In this document: positions 14,232 to 25,400 of the stretch, piece by piece | Position numbering within the stretch: position 1 is the stretch's first letter | Layout: each line of letters opens with the position of its first letter | Source: Fistulifera solaris | Lineage: Eukaryota | Length of the DNA stretch: 64,000 nt | Direction: 5' to 3' | Assembly: GCA_030295235.1 (NCBI GenBank) | Contig: AP026123.1 | Location: 1,550,001-1,614,000, forward strand | The notes under the pieces: generated by a model | What the model saw: the letters and a program-made list of their open reading frames with translations, nothing else | Databases searched by the model: none | Told to the model about the DNA's origin: nothing | Position numbers and translations under genes: made by a program

Positions 14232-17200
14232 TCATAAGCTGATGGCAGCAATAGCTTCACGAACTTTTTCATCCGACTCGAACCAAACTACTTGGTTTTT
14301 ATTGTCGTATAAACCTTCCCCGTTGTAATTCGCGGACGTACCGAAGGCCCTTATCGTACTTGCGCCTGTATCTGGCAGTAAAATACAAACAACCTTCTAT
14401 CACGTCCTTTCGTGGTATGCATCGAATGTCGTAAACAGAATCTTCACGCTCGCTCTGTCTTTTCTTCGCTTTATCGTCAGGCTCGTCAAATGGACCGTAT
14501 CCATGAAAAAGATGCACTTCTGTTCTCCTCGCACACATCGAGGCCAGTGTCTACAACGACCCTTTTCCCTTTGCCAACATTTGTCCACGAGTCGGCTAGT
14601 GGCTCAATGGCGACACGGGTCTGCCTGTGACCCACAATCGCCTCGTTGCCCCTTACAGCAATCCAATCACATGCAGCCAATGTTCTATAAATGGCAAGCA
14701 TAGCGTCTGCCTTGGTTGGATACCACCAAAGATTCTGGGGGCGAAGCGTACTCCATTTTTACCCCCTTCATGCGTGAATAGATCCGGCTTGTTCTCATGT
14801 TTCGTACAACTCGAGTACCATTTCGTGTAACAAAGTTGCCCCGTTGACGAACGTTCCTCTAAAATTTCAAAACAGTCAACATCATGATCAGGAACGGGAT
14901 GAGCCTGTGATTTTTCAAGTATACGAGAGAGATGTTCACCCAGTGATCGGTATCGATGAATAAAACAGCATCGATCATGACGCTGACAACTTTGAGATGA
15001 TTCAAATTCCGTGCACCATTGAGGATCTTGAACACGCAGTTCGAGCCAAGCGGAAACGGACAAAATTGGGGTGGCGGGATCAATACTAGCTTCTTCGCAT
15101 GCATTGACATTCACCTGTCCGCGCGTGGAGAGCGAATCGCCTTCCGGCAAACAATCAGTTATGTGACCCACTTCTGGTTCAGCATCTTGAAGAAGACTTC
15201 GATGATTTCGAAATCGGTGTGACAGCGTCGTTTTGAGGGCCGTGAGACAAACCAATTTGATCAAGAACACAGGGTAAATTGCTATCCGGTAATAGTGGGC
15301 TAGGGATATGCTCCGACACCAGCTCACCTTCCTCAAGATGGCCATCGGTGAGACTCTGACACGCTGTTCGTTTCGCGAGCGATTTCAGCGCATTAAAGTA
15401 ATCATCTGCTCAATTTGTGATTTCCGTAGCTGCTGAAGCTCACCGATAAGCGCCAGCAAGGTGCTCTACTTTTGATGAGCCATGGTAAAGGGGAACAAAA
15501 CGGAGTTTTCAAAAGGGATCCGCACCTGCAGCTAGAACTGATTGAAATACTGGCACGTCGTACAAAGCGATCGCGGCGTGGAGAAGTGTAAAGTGCTTTT
15601 CAGCATCAAAATGAATGTCCACTGAGAGTTTGGCTCCTTTGGATTCATCCAAATCATTGTTGAATGATTGAATTGAATGTACGCCCTCACGAATATACTT
15701 AAGTGCTTCATCCTTTTTTCGCCTCTCGTCTGGGGTAGCTTTTCGGGAGACTCGAAAGTCTACATAGAAAGCCTCTCCAATTATCGTTGATGTCATTCTT
15801 GTGTAATCAGCATAATCACAACCCACTTTGAACGCAGATAGGTCAGATTCCAAGATTTCCACCGTACCCAGACATGTTGCAATGTTTACAGCGACAGGTT
15901 TCGCCATTATCCGAATTGCAGTCTTCCTATTTGTTTCCCGCGTATTTGTTAAAGCTGATGGAGTAAGACAGATTCGATACTTGAATGACCCTCGGATTCC
16001 AAGGATATCGAAGACTTGTAGGTAATGTGAATGTATCCCATGCCGACACCTGGTCTGCTTCAAGGTAAATGGAACAATGGTCATGGTTGATACTCTGTGG
16101 AAGTTGTAAGTTTCTTATTGCTACAACTTGGATATCGAATTTCTCCCAGAACCGGAACGCTCGGGCTAAGTTAATAGCTCGAAGTGTTCGCGCGCAAATT
16201 TTCAATAACTTATCCTTGTTTTCCCGATCGCTGCATTCGTTTTGTCGAGTAGCACTACGAGCCTCGGCGAAATGCTTAACTGTGAGCTCGTCTTTCTTTT
16301 CCGTTCTTTTGCCCTTCGTACGAGCAGGATGAATGTATTCAATCAGGTCGTATATAGTCCCTCTTGCAATCGCGTCTTCCAGACTAGCGAAACGAGAGTG
16401 ACAATCAGAAGTAAGCATGAGACCACTTTGTCGCGCCCTGAGTCTCTGCGCCGCATGCATGAGTGCTAACCTCGTTCGTCAGAATTTCGTCTCGGTAAAA
16501 TTTTTTTGTCGAGTCGAATCCATTAAAGTGCACTTTTCGCGACGCAACCGTAACAGTAGAAAACTTCTCCTTGAGGGGAAGACAATCAGGCTTTGAAACC
16601 CCATCCCACCCTTGTAAGCTCGGCCCCCGCCACTCTCCTTCGTCGCCCCATTGTGCTCCCCCGAAACCTGCTCCTGAATGAAGAAAAATATGGATTGTCT
16701 GAGTCATTAGCAAACCAGATTTCAAAGGGCAGCCTCTTCCTCCTAGCAACCATCATGTGTCTTTTAAGATCTTGCGGACCCCAGATGTGTCGGACATTAC
16801 TGCCTTCATCGATTTCGTCTCTGTGCGGCGGAGGACCGTCGTGTTTGTCAGTCAAGTGGCTGAGCTGCAACTTTTCGGTAAAAATTCCGATAATTATTGT
16901 TCCTGATTGAATTCGCTCGTCTTTCGAAGCCTGGCCAGTCGGAGAAACAGAAACGACTCTACATGTGTTCGAAAGACGATCGTAGACAGAATAGAATCCC
17001 AAAGGAAGTTCTGGGTCAAGTTTAGTTTTCAGGACTTCTTGATGACCAGTATCGATGTAAGTTTCAGCGCTTGGTTTTAAGTAAGTGCTGCACGCTATGG
17101 GTTCCTTCCTCGTACTTCCTTTTTGTCTCGTTTGTTGAGACATACCTTGTACACGTATACTTAGTTCCTCATACGCTATAACTTGTGATGGAAGCTGGTT

Positions 17201-19075
17201 CGGTATCGACGCTCTTAAAGAATAAAACTCGTTTGTTCTAACGTCCTTGTTCACTTGTGCTACGGTCTGTGAACCAATTCGATCACTTCGTCTCTCCGAT
17301 TGTTGGTGTATCCGAGCGCGAGTGTTTGACATACAATTTGCCTCTTGTGTAATGACTTCCCTGTCTCTATACCCTGATTGCATCTCATTTGTGTAAAACT
17401 TGCTTTCTCGCCTCGTAGTGTAATCGCAAGAAGCATCGGTTTGGTCCCCAAAATAGTATCATGTCGAGATCGTTTACGCTGTAAAACTTCTTCGACATAA
17501 TCTGTTCGCTTCCTACTTCGTGAATTAAGAGAAGTCGAAAAAAACTCAACATCGCCGGTTTTTCGTGGGGCGACGAGATCACATCTCGAGTTCCAATCCT
17601 TCTTTCCCCGATTCTCAGTTGCAGTTCTTCGTTGCTCCACCGTCAAAGCATAATTTCTCTCCGGAGAAGACGGTAAAGTCTCGCGACTTGAGCCTTTTTC
17701 TGGCAAACAAACTATTGACCTTTTATCAATACGCTTTAAGTCAATAGAACGCGCCAAACACAGCTTAATCAGGATTGTTTTTGCTCCTCGTTTGCGAACG
17801 TCTTCAATACGTTTTTTCAGCTCTTCGACAGTTTTACAAGATGAGCCACCGGCTTCCACGATGATGGCCCCAGCAGCAAGATTTTCTGGCGAAATGATGT
17901 CTGCAAGTTGACCCTTGAAAGCATTTTCCTTCTTCAAAACTAACAGCCCGACTTGCTGATCATCGAAGCTCTCCACTTTGACACCCAAACTTTGCGCAAT
18001 ATCCACTTTTACTACCACTTCAATCCCCTTAGTCTTCAAATGGTCAATGTTATATAATGCAATAAGTTCTCTGAGTTTAACCCCCAACGTGCAAAGAAAA
18101 GTTTAACTGTCTCTTTAGGACCTTCGATGCCGAGCTTCCACGTTTGCGGTCTTTCGTCCATTTTCCATACATACATTTTCAGCTTGGGTCGCAATCCGTT
18201 CTTCATGTGTTGCTGCTTGAAAATTTTGGCGAATTTGAAGATAAAACTTCTTGAAATGAACAGTTTCGTATTTCCTGGTAAAAAGCGCGGTACCTTTGAT
18301 TGAGCCCTAATGATAGTGTCCGCCTTTTCACTGATTGTTGACTTTTTACACCGCCTTTCTATACCAGCGATACTGCTCTCCAAGCTTTGTAACATGTGTC
18401 TCTCTTCTGATCGACAAATTCTATTGTCTAGAGTATTAACCATTCAATCTCCTCAGCGCGACAAATGGACTCCTCTATTCGCGCCAACATATCTGATTCC
18501 ATTTTAGCATAGCATTCTTGCGGAGGTTGTGCGTCAATCAAAGAAGTGAGTTGTTTGGAGGAGTGGGATGATCCAGGAGACGAAACAATAGGATAGTCAT
18601 CAGACCATTCCGCCTCCTGATCAAAAAGAGGACTTTCAATTTCGCCATCCATGTCTTCGTCAGCCTCCATCGCATTTTTATCTGCTGCGGCGAAAGAAGA
18701 CGACCTACGCATATTCGCATCATGGCGTTCTTGCTGATGAAAGTAAGCAATCGCCTGGTCATTGCTGGGTCTCGAAATATTTAATTGTGCATTCAGATCT
18801 AGTTGCCCATTGTTTCTTTCGATCAAACAGTCGTTGCTACCCCCTTCAAGAGGTTGAGGTTGCTGTAGTTGCTCTTGACTGTTCCCCCAATGGAGTCCAG
18901 AACCCATCTGATTGTGATATTGCTGCAAAGAATTATGATGTGGATCGGCAAATCCAGTTGCTGGTTCGCCGCCAAGTCGAAGCCCCGACACTTCGCGTTC
19001 TTCGATTGCGACAAGTGTCCGGTTCGATTCGACCCCACGCGTAGGGTCGTCTTCGTCGTTTTCCATGACATTCAC
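14232..19075 (-). CDS. PDZ-PDZ-ankyrin-CCCH-CCCH protein, paralog A; many frameshifts (assembly errors or pseudogene)
   Basis: The fragments match paralog B collinearly: AEWSDDYPIVSSPGSSHSS, IDTGHQEVLKTKLDPELPLGFY, NVRHIWGPQDLKRH, AQWGDEGEWRGP, KDKLLKICARTLRAINLARAF, HFTLLHAAIA and C-terminal WFESDEKVREAIAA with stop at 14232. Confidence 0.75.
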
Positions 19076-19188
19076 AAGCTAATTTTGGTATTATAAGCTT
19101 TTAAAAATCCCTGTTGTCAGGCGCTTTAACCACCCCACTCGATTCCACTGCAAAAGTCTTGTCAACGGTTTGTGACGAGTGATGATGC

Positions 19189-19445
19189 CCATGTTTTCTG
19201 GGCAAGAAAAAACTCTGCTCTACCAGATTTTCTGGGAAATTGAAAATAACACTCCCCCAGATTTTCTGGAAACGTGAAACACCACACCCCCAAATTTTCT
19301 GGAAACGAGAATTTATCACACTCCCACATTTTCTGGGAGGTGAAAATACAACTGGTCCAGATTTTCTGGACCAATGCAGATACCATCTGCCCAGATTTCC
19401 CGGGAACGTGAAAAACAACGGGTCCAGATTTTCTGGACCGCAGTG
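19189..19445 (-). repeat. Short array of ~33-34 bp monomers with CCAGAAAATCTGG core; inverted homolog of 47278-47493
   Basis: ccagattttctgg-type cores at ~19189, 19223, 19257, 19291, 19324, 19357, 19391 and 19424. Confidence 0.85.
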
Positions 19446-19648
19446 TAAATAATAATGATGCGATGGATGTTTTTACTTTGAACAAAATGTGATGGTTTTT
19501 CTTCGACAGTGCTGCAGCGTAGAGCAATGAATCAATTGGGTACAATAACCGAAACAAACAATACAAGAATCCTACTCGACTGGCATTCGTTGCGGCCATA
19601 ATTTTTACTCTGCTTCTCGCATCACAAGAGGACTTGCGCATCATATTC

Positions 19649-20622
19649 ATGACGATAGAAAGATTTACCCCTTCCTTCTGTGTTTCCGTTTCATTGGATC
19701 ATTCGGAACCGCATCAAGCCAATCTTCCGCAGCATGTCATTAATAACTTTCAAAAGAGGGCTTTGTCGTGTTCCCCAACGCTTTGTCGGCCCAAGATGTG
19801 AAGGATCTCAACGAAGAGTTAGAGCGAGTTTTAGGCGGATCCTACGATCGCGATCAAGCCCCGGATAAAATACCCCGAATAAAGATCAAACCAAATGAGA
19901 GTATTCTTACCAAACAATCCGGAAAGGTTATTCAAGTCATTAACGTCCACAAATCCAATACGCTCTTTCGTCGTCTCGCATGTCATCCCACATTAGGACA
20001 GATTGTGGCCGAACTCGCCGGTTGGAAGCACGGTACTCGGCTAGCGCAAGATCAAATTTGGGCCAAACCTCCCGGAGCCAAGCCGTTGGCGTTTCATCGT
20101 GATTCGCCGTATTTCATGTTTGAACCGAATGATGTTGTAACGGTGTGGGTGGCTTTAGATGACATGGCCGACGATGTCGGTCCTCTCGAATACGTCCGAG
20201 GTAGTCATTTGTGGCAGACAAAACAGCACGTGGGATCAGCCAAGCAATTTTTCCAGTCAAATGGTGGAATGAAGCTGTTGCATAGTGCTGCTGTACAAGC
20301 GGGTGTATTGGATGAACACTACGGGGAAGAGGAATGTGCTAACCAGCTAGAGTTTGTGACCCTGCAAGGACTTCAGGCGGGTGGCATATCAATACACGAC
20401 GGACGAACTTGGCATGGTAGTGGCAAGAATAAGACAACAAATCGACCGAGACGAGGGTTGGGACTGCACTTTGTACCGGCAGAGGTTCGATTCACAGCAG
20501 AAGCAGTCAAAAGTTCCTTGTGGCGACACTATGTCACGGAAGATGTTGACCCTGCATCAATCATTCTGCCACAAGAAGATTTTCCATTGACATGGCAAGC
20601 ACCATCAGTATCAGAAGCCTAA
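19649..20622 (+). CDS. Phytanoyl-CoA dioxygenase (PhyH) family Fe(II)/2OG oxygenase; frameshift at ~19755
   Basis: KPPGAKPLAFHRDSPY (HxD), VTVWVALDD....GPLEYVRGSH and HDGRTWHGSGKN..RPRRGL. Confidence 0.9.
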
Positions 20623-20677
20623 CAACAGTTCTATGACCGCGTATGGCAAAACATTATAAGGAGTAGTGTTCATTTCT

Positions 20678-22083
20678 TTAATCGTCTCGATTACCGTCTT
20701 CATCCTCTCCCTGGTTGGAATCCGTCGTAGGAACGATGCGGCCGCCGGCAGCTTCCGACAGGCTCATATCGTAGAGCATACGCTCCAATTTCTCCTCCGT
20801 GCGACGGACGCCTTCCAATTTCTTTTGCACGGGGCATCGTTCCAGGCTTTGTAGAGCCGAAAGGACCGAGGAAACACCCTGTAACGACAGCTCCACGGCG
20901 GATTTGTCGCGAGCCGTACCACGTTGCACAGCATAGCGTCCGATCTCACCCGTCAAATCACAAAGCCCCCAAGATACTCTTCCGGCTCAAGTGCTACCTC
21001 GGTAAAGTCCTCCATCTGGAGAAAGACTCCAGAAACCTTCGAGCTACAAGTACCATCAGAAAAGAACGCATTACCGTACAACCAGGCTCCAAAGAGACGT
21101 GCCTCGACGTACTCCTCCAGCACACCCGTAAATGAACCAGCAGTTCGTAAAAACGGTTCCTCTCGCACAATGGGCATCAAGTCTTTTTGAATACAATCGC
21201 GACACTCGTTCAGTAAATCACGAGTGCGTTTCGTATCCCCGCGATGGAGTGCAAAATGGATTGTTTCGCCGCCTTTTGACCGTCTCGACTTTTCTTGATC
21301 AACGATTCCCGCAATTCATCACGATGATCCATGCGATCTTTGAGAGCTTGTAATTCTTCAGTGGGTATGAGTGCAGCAGTCTCGGTCTTGATGCGTTTTG
21401 CTTCGGAAGTTTCCGCGTAGGATGTATCGTCCACCGTGGCTCCGGTAATAGATAGTTCGTAAAGCAATGTTTCCAACGCTTGTAGGCTATATTTGACGCC
21501 ATCGTACTTTCTACGGAGAGGACCGTTTCGAAAATCCATTTGCAGCAAAAAATTCTGACATTCCGTCACCAAACTCGCTGCCGCCTTGACCGACGCAACA
21601 TCCCGCACGGTCGCTCGCCCCAGTCCGTAACGTCGAAGTTCTTGCGTCAATCCCATGACGGCGCCGGCCAAATACTCCTCATCCGTAAGAGTCGGATACG
21701 ACCGAGTCAATTCGGAAAGTGACACGAGCGTCCCTGTTTCTAAAAAATGCTGAAACGATTCGAGACGAACAATATCTTCCATGCGATTCGACAAATTCGC
21801 CAAACGCGGTTCTCTCGGGAGTACTCAACAACACGTGTTGACAAGTCGTTCGCAAGGATTCCATCGCTCCCTTCTCTCCCACGTGTTCTTTCGATACATT
21901 CACAACGACTTGTAAGTGTCGCCACAGTTCAAACGCTTCCTGTCGTCGGGCTTCAACGGCCGTAATGCGTGCCGACAAAGCGGAAAGATCCAGCACATTG
22001 GCTGCAGCGTATTTGAGGGGAAGGCTCGGCATAGTCGAAAGGAAGCGAGTTATTGATTTTGTTGGAAAACAGCGTTTGATCAT
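20678..22083 (-). CDS. Tandem two-domain translin/TRAX (C3PO) family protein; frameshifts at ~21815, ~21250 and ~20962
   Basis: Domain 1: MEDIVRLESFQHFLETG...EEYLAGAVMGLTQELRR...LRRKYDGVKYSL. Domain 2: DELRESLIKKSRD...LEEYVEARLF...EEYLGG[L]CDLTGEIGR...KLERMLYDMS. ORF 21210-21803 spans the junction without a stop. Confidence 0.85.
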
Positions 22084-22418
22084 TCCAACCAATTTGCTGT
22101 TTGACAACAAATACTTTTGTCAGCCTTTCACTGAAAATGCCGCCGCCTGGCGAAAGATTTTTGGGTGAAAGACCCAGGATTCTGTCGACGTACCGGTACC
22201 CCTATATAATTTTATATAGTAGCTTACTTTTTTGACGGTATTCGATCAGTCACGAAGCTTCGTGATTCCGCACAAATCAAAGCTAAGGTCATGCTACGTT
22301 TACCTGGCATGATCCGAATCGGACCATTGAGCATACCTGCTACTAAACTAGTGATAGTATGAGCTATTCAGAAGGTTAATAGAAAATGCATGTCTTCATG
22401 ACACTTATTATCATCATT

Positions 22419-25400
22419 TTATTTGCTGGCGGCAATCGCTTCGCGTACCTTTTCCTCCGATTCAAACCAGAATAGCTCGTTCGTTTGATCGAAGAAACCT
22501 TCCCCGTTGTAGTTGGGGACGTACCGCAGCGCGTTATCACTCGAAAGCCTGTATCTAGCAGTGTAGTACAATCGACCTTCTCTCAAGTCCCTGCTTTTGT
22601 GAAACCGCACGTCGGAAGGGGCGTCGTTTGCATCAGGGCTTTGATCGTTCGCTCGGACATTCGTATCCGACGACGGGTGGAATGGACCATACCCGTGAAA
22701 GTATCTGCACTTTTGATCATTGTCTTTGCATCGAGGCCAGTATCTACAGCGACCTTTCTTCCTTTTCGATAAATTCGTCCATGTGTCGGCAACAATCTCC
22801 ATCTCGACAAACTTCGTCCATTGGTGCTGAACTGGCATTTTCTTCTGTTGAGCAAGCCAGTCGTGCGCGGCCATTACTCGTTGAAGCGCAAACAAAGCGT
22901 TCTCCCTTTTCGGATACCACCACACGTTCTGTGATGAAACGACTCCATCCTGTCCCCCTTCTACATAGAAAATCTGTTTCTCTCTTTTGTTCGAATTGCT
23001 AAAGTAGCCACTGGTGAACCAAACTTGTCCTGTCGACGATTTCTCCTCCAAAATCATACAACAGCTGGGATCATGGTCCGGCACGATATGCTTACGAGAC
23101 TTTTCGAGAATAAGATTGAAATCTCCATCAAAGGACCTGTACCTATGAATGAAATGACATCTATCATGACGCGGACAAGTCTGAGATTTCTCAAAATGCC
23201 TGCATAATTGGGTCTGTCGAACTCGTATGTCAAGCCAGTTAGGATGCTTTAAGATTGGGGTGATGCGCTCTGTCATAGTTTCTTGTTCCGCTCTCGTCTG
23301 AACATCGATAGAGGGCAAGTCACAATACAGAGGTTCTGACTCCGGTTCCATTTCTGCTGCATGGTTGGTGTCTTGGCCTGTGCTGCGCTCGTTCATGAGC
23401 AGAATCATTTGTTCAATTACCGATTTCCGTTGCCGATCGATGTCTCCGTTAGCACTAGCCGATTGCTGACTCATCTGTTGAGCCATGTCAACAGGCGAGC
23501 AATACGGAGTCCTATATAAAGGATTCGCACCCAGTTCAAGAGCTCTCTCCAACGTCGGTCCATCATACATTGCTATGGCGGCATGGAGGAGGGTGAAGTG
23601 GTGTTCGCTGCTTGAGTGCATGTCCAACGAAAGTTTGACCTCGCTAGATTCACCCAGATCTTTGTTGAACGTCTGAGTTGAAGTCAATCCTTCATTAATG
23701 TACTTTATCGCTTCATCCATTTTCCGTCTTTCATCTGGTGTTGATGTGCGAACAACACGGAAGTCTAAAAAGAAAGGCTCCCCAATGATCGTAGATAAGG
23801 TCCTCGAGTAGTCGGCATATTCACCATTAGCTGTGAATTCAGACAGGTCAGCCTCAGTAAGATCAATAGTACCCAAGAGAATTGCCGCTCCCGCATTCGT
23901 GGGTCTTGCCATCACTCTGATCTTGGTTGTTCTATTTGTCTCGATATATTTGTTGAAGCTGATGGAATAACAAAGATCAGGGATCTCTATCGCCGTCGGA
24001 TTCCAAAGGAGCGACCGACTTGACGGAAGTGGTACTGTATCCCATGCAGAAACCTGCTCCGCTTCAAGGTATATGTAACAATTGTCATGCTTGATACTAT
24101 GTGGTAGTCGCAGACATCTTATCGACGCTACATGAATATCGAACCTTTCCCAGTATGGGAATGCTCGAGCTAAGTTGATGGCGCGAAGCGTTCTCGCGCA
24201 GATCTTCAGTAGCTTATCCTTCATCTCGACGTCACTTGATGCGTTTGCTCTTGTCAAACTACGAGCATTAGAAAAATGTCTTTGCGTAAGCCCCTCTCTC
24301 ATTTCGTTTCTTCGAGAAGGAAAAATGTAATCAATCAAGTCGTAGACAGTTCCCCTTGATATTGCATCTTCCAGGGTTCTGAAGGTTAGGTTCAGATTAG
24401 CAGTTGAGCCAGAGCTTACGTCACTCGTCCGATGATCATCGCCGTTGGACTCGCTCGTCATATTCTCCGTTCGGACAAATACATGAATCGAATCCTTGCC
24501 ACTGAACTTCACCCTACGTGAAGGGACTGAGACAACGGCGGATTTCTCTTTGGCTTTCAACGCTTTTGGTGGCAGCACACCGTCCCAGCCAGCAAAATTC
24601 GGTCCCCGCCATTCTCCTTCATCGCCCCATTGCGCTTCCCGGAACCGGCTCTTGAATGAATCGAAGTACGGATTGTCTGAATCGTTGGCAAACCATACTT
24701 CAGTGGGCTGCCTAGCAGCCATAATGTGTCTCTTCAGATCTTGTGGACCCCAGATGTGACGAACATTACTTCCTTCTTCAACTTCGTCTTTGTAGCTAGG
24801 AGGACCTTCATCATTTTTGCTTGGACTAGCTCGGGTTCCAAGCACGAGATTGTTCTGATTGGTATTGCCATTTTTCGCTAAATTGGCCTCAGAAGTGCTG
24901 TCAGTTTGCGTCTTCTTCTCTACAAATATACCGACGAGCTTCGTTCCTGGCTGTATTCGATCGTCTTTGGAGGCCTGACCCATCTTACAAACAGAAACGA
25001 CTCGGCAAGATTCTGAAACACTATCGTAGATACAATAGAAACCCAAAGGAAGTGCCGGGTCAAGTTTAATCTTGAAGACCTCTTGATGATCAGTATCGAT
25101 ATGAATATTCGCGTGCATGTCGATGATAGTGCTCTCCTTGGGCGGAGAAATTTCGTTCGTCTTTCGTTCAGAAACACGGAAAGTTTGGGTCATGGGATTT
25201 CCATCGCTACGAGAGCTATTACCAACTGTCCGCATATCAGCGGTTGCTTCTTGCGGTGCCGCCTGCTGTGGCATCGAGGAAGAGTCGACTCCACGAGATT
25301 CGGGGCGTGCTTGATCAAAGGCTTGCCAACCAATTCGATTGGTGCTGTTGTCACTTGCTGACTGCCCAGCTACCTCGTTACTAGCAGCTTGCTCCCTTCT

